Assembly (NCBI GenBank): GCA_964016885.1
Contig: CAXHJY010000096.1
Coordinates: forward strand, 1,240,001 to 1,304,000
Reading direction: 5' to 3'
Origin: Eledone cirrhosa
Lineage: Eukaryota
Length of the DNA: 64,000 nt
Part shown: positions 62,761 to 64,000 of the stretch, one piece after another
How positions within the stretch are numbered: the stretch's first letter is position 1
Layout of the letters: the number at the start of each line of letters is the position of its first letter
Notes under the pieces: model-generated
Database searches by the model: none
The model's input: only the letters and a program-made list of their open reading frames with translations
What the model was told of the DNA's origin: nothing
Program-made: the position numbers and the translations under genes

Positions 62761-64000
62761 AAAAAAATCAGGGGGAGATAATTTGTAAAAAAAATCAGGG
62801 GGAGATAATTTGTAAAAAAAAATCAGGGGTAGATAATTTGTAAAAAAAAATCAGGGGGAGATAATTTGTAAAAAAATCAAGGGGAGATAATTTCCAGCCG
62901 TCCAAGGGAAGATAATTTCCAGCCCTCCAAGGGGCTATAATTTCCAGCGTCCAAGGGGAGATAATTTCCAGCCAGCGAAGGGGAGATAATTTTTTTAAAA
63001 AAATCATTGGGAGATTTGTAAAAAAAATCAGGGGGAGATAATTTGTAAAAAAAATCAAGGGGAGATAATTTCCAGCCGTCCAAGGGGAGGTAATATCTAG
63101 CCGTCCAAGGGTAGATAATTTCCAGCCGTCCAACGGGAGATAATTTCCAGCCGTCCAAGGGTAGATAATATCCAGCCGCCCAAGGACATATTTTCCAGCC
63201 GTCCAAGGAGAGGTAATTTCTAGCCGTCCAAGGGGAGATAATTTCCAGCCGTCCAAGGGTAGATAATATCCAGCCGTCCAAGGACATATTTTCCAGCCGT
63301 CCAAGGAGAGGTAATTTCTAGCCGTCCAAGGGGAGATAAATTCCAGCCTCCAAGGGGAGATAATTTCCAGCCAGCCAAGGGGAGATAATTTGTAAAAAAA
63401 TCAGGGGGAGATAATTTGTAAAAAAAATCAGGGGGAGATAATTTGTAAAAAAAAATCAGGGGGAGATAATTTGTAAAAAAAAATCAGGGGGAGATAATTT
63501 GCAAAAAAAATCAGGGGGAGATAATTTGTAAAAAAAAATCAGGGGTAGATAATTTGTAAAAAAAAATCAGGGGGAGATAATTTGTAAAAAAAAATCAGGG
63601 GGAGATAATTTGTAAAAAAAATCAAGGGGAGATAATTTCCAGCCGTCCAAGGAGATTATAATTTTAAAAAAAATCAGGCGGAGATAATTTGTAAAAAAAA
63701 ATCAGGGGGAGATAATTTGTAAAAAAAAATCAGGGGGAGATAATTTGTAAAAAAAAATCAGGGGGAGATAATTTGTAAAAAAAATCAGGAGGAGATAATT
63801 TGTAAAAAAAATCAAGGGGAGATAATTTCCAGCCGTCCAAGGAGAGATAATTTAAAAAAAAATCAGGCGGAGATAATTTGTAAAAAAAAATCAGGGGGAG
63901 ATAATTTGTAAAAAAAAATCAGGGGGAGATAATTTGTAAAAAAAATCAAGGGGAGATAATTTCCAGCCGTCCAAGGGGAGATAATTTTCAGCCGTCCAAG

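Larger units (their letters stand above)
1..64000 (+). repeat. Composite two-monomer satellite DNA array (25-28 bp units sharing the core GGGGAGATAATTT), running off both window ends
   Basis: The core GGGGAGATAATTT or a close variant recurs every ~23-30 bp from the first line to the last, always in the same orientation, with no unique sequence in between. Confidence 0.99.

Noticed and set aside
29-63304. Numerous minus-strand ORFs of 61-230 aa (LEIISPWTAGNYLPLDGWKLSPLGR / FFYKLSPPD repeats)
   Set aside because: These are translations of the repeat. The + strand has TAA in almost every monomer while the B monomer has no stop on the - strand. The ORFs overlap in all three frames, mostly lack ATG starts, and are frameshifted freely by A-tract length.
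1-64000. CRISPR-like repeat-spacer appearance (constant core plus variable tail)
   Set aside because: The repeat is only 13 bp, the tails are 12-14 bp and fall into two recurring classes rather than unique spacers, and there are no cas genes or leader.
1-64000. Telomerase-type telomeric repeat (G-rich strand bias; some yeasts have 23-25 bp units)
   Set aside because: Two monomer types, inherited variants and multi-kb HORs indicate recombinational amplification rather than templated addition, and it matches no telomere motif I know.
1-64000. Embedded transposon, inversion or unique island
   Set aside because: On reading through I found no reverse-complement cores (AAATTATCTCCCC) on the + strand and no non-repeat stretch.
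1-64000. A/B string as functional encoded information or a synthetic construct
   Set aside because: The pattern is explained by nested duplications, deletions and point mutations shared between neighbouring copies. Nothing supports a read-out mechanism or deliberate design.

Overview
The whole 64 kb window is one uninterrupted tandem satellite array in a single orientation, roughly 2,400 monomers (64,000 / ~26.5 bp). I see no genes, RNA genes, transposons or unique sequence. It is built from two short monomer types sharing a 13-bp core, GGGGAGATAATTT. Type A is GGGGGAGATAATTTGT(A)7-11TCA (mostly 26-28 bp, ~30% GC) and type B is GGGGAGATAATTTCCAGCCGTCCAA (25 bp, 52% GC). Runs of A and B alternate under near-fixed junction rules and form a ~7.0 kb higher-order repeat (HOR), clearest from ~20 to 59 kb. 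The HOR has deletion and duplication variants (periods 7030, 10327, 6986, 6061, 6415 bp), a near-perfect 2731-bp tandem duplication, and a more rearranged left end (offsets 4990 and 7105-7155 bp). Several breakpoints map by eye into the shared core or the A-tract. All listed ORFs are translation artefacts of the repeat. This is most likely eukaryotic heterochromatic satellite DNA; the host and any centromeric or telomeric role cannot be determined from the sequence. I found no protein-coding system. The interest lies in the binary two-monomer architecture and its readable recombination history.
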